The notes under the pieces: model-generated
Told to the model about the DNA's origin: nothing
The model's input: only the letters and a program-made list of their open reading frames with translations
Database searches by the model: none
Assembly: GCA_000934665.2 (NCBI GenBank)
Contig: JYFJ02000277.1
Coordinates: 62,001 to 126,000 of the forward strand
Direction: 5' to 3'
Length of the DNA stretch: 64,000 nt
DNA from: Catajapyx aquilonaris
Lineage: Eukaryota
Part shown: piece by piece, positions 62,385 through 64,000 of the stretch
Layout: the number at the start of each line of letters is the position of its first letter
Numbering within the stretch: the stretch's first letter is position 1
Position numbers and translations under genes: made by a program

Positions 62385-64000
62385 ATGAGTTTCATATCGT
62401 ACCCCAGCGATTCACACTTCCCCATCGAAAATCTGCCTTACGGAATATTTTCCACCAGGAATGACGTGAGTGACCCACTTTTTTTTCTGTACTGCATAAT
62501 GTACCGCTACAGATCAACACTTGAATGAACAGGAAGAAGGATTTACAGCCTGTGAATATATCAGAAAGAGATAACCTTTGGGCGCCTCTTATCAAAGGCC
62601 ATTAGTCAGATAAAATATGGGGAAGCAAAAATGTGATTACTTTTCGTTAACAATATTGACATGCATTCACAACCAATAGTTTTAAAACTGAAGCTATTTT
62701 ACTGTACAGCTACAGTGTAATATTGCTTCCTTAATTAATTATCCGAATTCAGAGAGGTTGCTTAACGTAAACGCGCCCGATTAAATCCTTTAGTCAGCCT
62801 CGATTAGCAAATTTAATCAACCATGCTAATACAAAGACGGCGATTAGCGCTAAACGCCCCCTAATCGCACTTGCTAGCACTTTTAAATTTGCTAATCGAG
62901 GATGACTAAAGGATTTAATCGGGCGCGTTTACGTTAAACAACCTCTCTGAATTCGGCCCTAATTAATTAATTAACAAGTGAAAAATATTGGTAGAATATT
63001 TGCAACCAAAATGAGCCACTTTTTTTCCTTACTGATCTAAAAGTACTGTAAGCACCAATAATATTAATATGAGAGCCTAATACTAATAGTCATTATCATA
63101 ATCATAATTATTTCAGCCTAAACATCGCATAGGAGTAGCCATAGGCGATTACATATTGGATCTGAAAGAAGCCAAGTCCTACTTCACCGGCCCAGTTCTC
63201 TCAAAGTATCAACATGTTTTTGAACAGGTACAAGCATGAGTTATGCCTTAATCAACTGTTGGACTAATCAAAATTAATCCGACATAGTCAACTTTGAACG
63301 ACTTTATGTCATTGGGAAGAGCAGCATGGAAAGAGGCCCGATCTACCCTCCAAAAGATCCTGTCCGCCAACGAGAGCGTCTTGAGAGATAATGAGCAAAT
63401 GAGAAGCAGGTGAATTCACATATAAGTTTTTTTTAAATCAAATAATTTAAAAAAAAAATTATTTGAAACTACAGGGTGTTTGTGAAGCAGTCGGACGCTA
63501 CCATGCACCTTCCTGCAAATATTGGCGACTACACCGATTTCTACTCGTCTTTGGATCATGCCACCAACGTTGGAACCATGTTTCGAGGGAAGGACAATGC
63601 TCTCATGCCTAACTGGTACGCTTCAATTTGATGGATATTACGGTATTTTTTATCGTACGACATGACCAACTGATATCTAAATTTAGCTGTTCCTAAACTT
63701 CAGTAAGTAGGTCAAACGGTAACGGTTTTAGAGAGAACTGTTACTGATAGCTTCGATAAAATGCAGTCTACTGATTTACAACGTTTTGTCGGTATTGTAA
63801 GACCACAATGTGATTGAACCCAACACATTCCTCTTTAGGAAGTACCTCCCTGTGGGTTACCACGGTCGTTCGTCATCCGTCGTTGTGTCCGAGACTCCAG
63901 TCCGTCGTCCCAATGGACAGACCAGACCCTTCGAAGACGGACCTCCTTCTTTCGGACCATGCCGTCTCTTCGACTTTGAGTTGGAGATGGCCTTCTTCAT
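62385..64000 (+). CDS. FAH: Fumarylacetoacetase, canonical copy, 3' end outside the window
   Basis: [24 protein letters not shown] (62385-62465), [92 protein letters not shown]. Intron positions match the minus-strand copy. Confidence 0.96.
62743..62959. mobile_element. Fold-back MITE, PIF/Harbinger-like, in FAH intron 1
   Basis: CCGAATTCAGAGAGGTTG..CGTAAACGCGCCCGATTAAATCCTTTAGTCA is approximately the reverse complement of TGACTAAAGGATTTAATCGGGCGCGTTTACG..CAACCTCTCTGAATTCGGCCC|TAA. Left tip eroded. Confidence 0.85.

Overview
Eukaryotic, AT-rich, intron-containing genomic DNA. It looks arthropod-like from gene content and repeat types, but the species cannot be determined from the sequence. 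Gene order: a 5'-truncated, strongly diverged TPR/Megator-like coiled-coil gene (+, 1-11292); two small C2H2 zinc-finger units (one with two frameshifts); a complete but diverged Integrator subunit 1 gene (+, 18028-34486); an acyl-CoA desaturase (+); a fumarylacetoacetase (FAH) paralog (-) tail-to-tail with the desaturase; DCAF17 (-); a Myb/SANT-like gene (+); a C2H2 gene with a 19-aa repeat; two tandem C2H2 paralogs; and a canonical FAH (+, runs off the end). Introns and intergenic DNA hold tRNA-headed SINEs, mariner/pogo remnants and fold-back MITEs. The strongest lead is the minus-strand FAH paralog. It keeps its metal ligands and catalytic residues but has lost three substrate-binding residues (human Y128, R142, Y244), while the second copy keeps Y128 and R142, which suggests a new substrate. 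Other leads are a loop-less palindrome containing the TPR-like stop codon, a 49/98-aa repeat expansion in TPR, four different SINEs sharing one 3' tail, and a near-identical N-terminal module in two otherwise diverged zinc-finger genes. All homology calls come from recalled motifs, not from searches.
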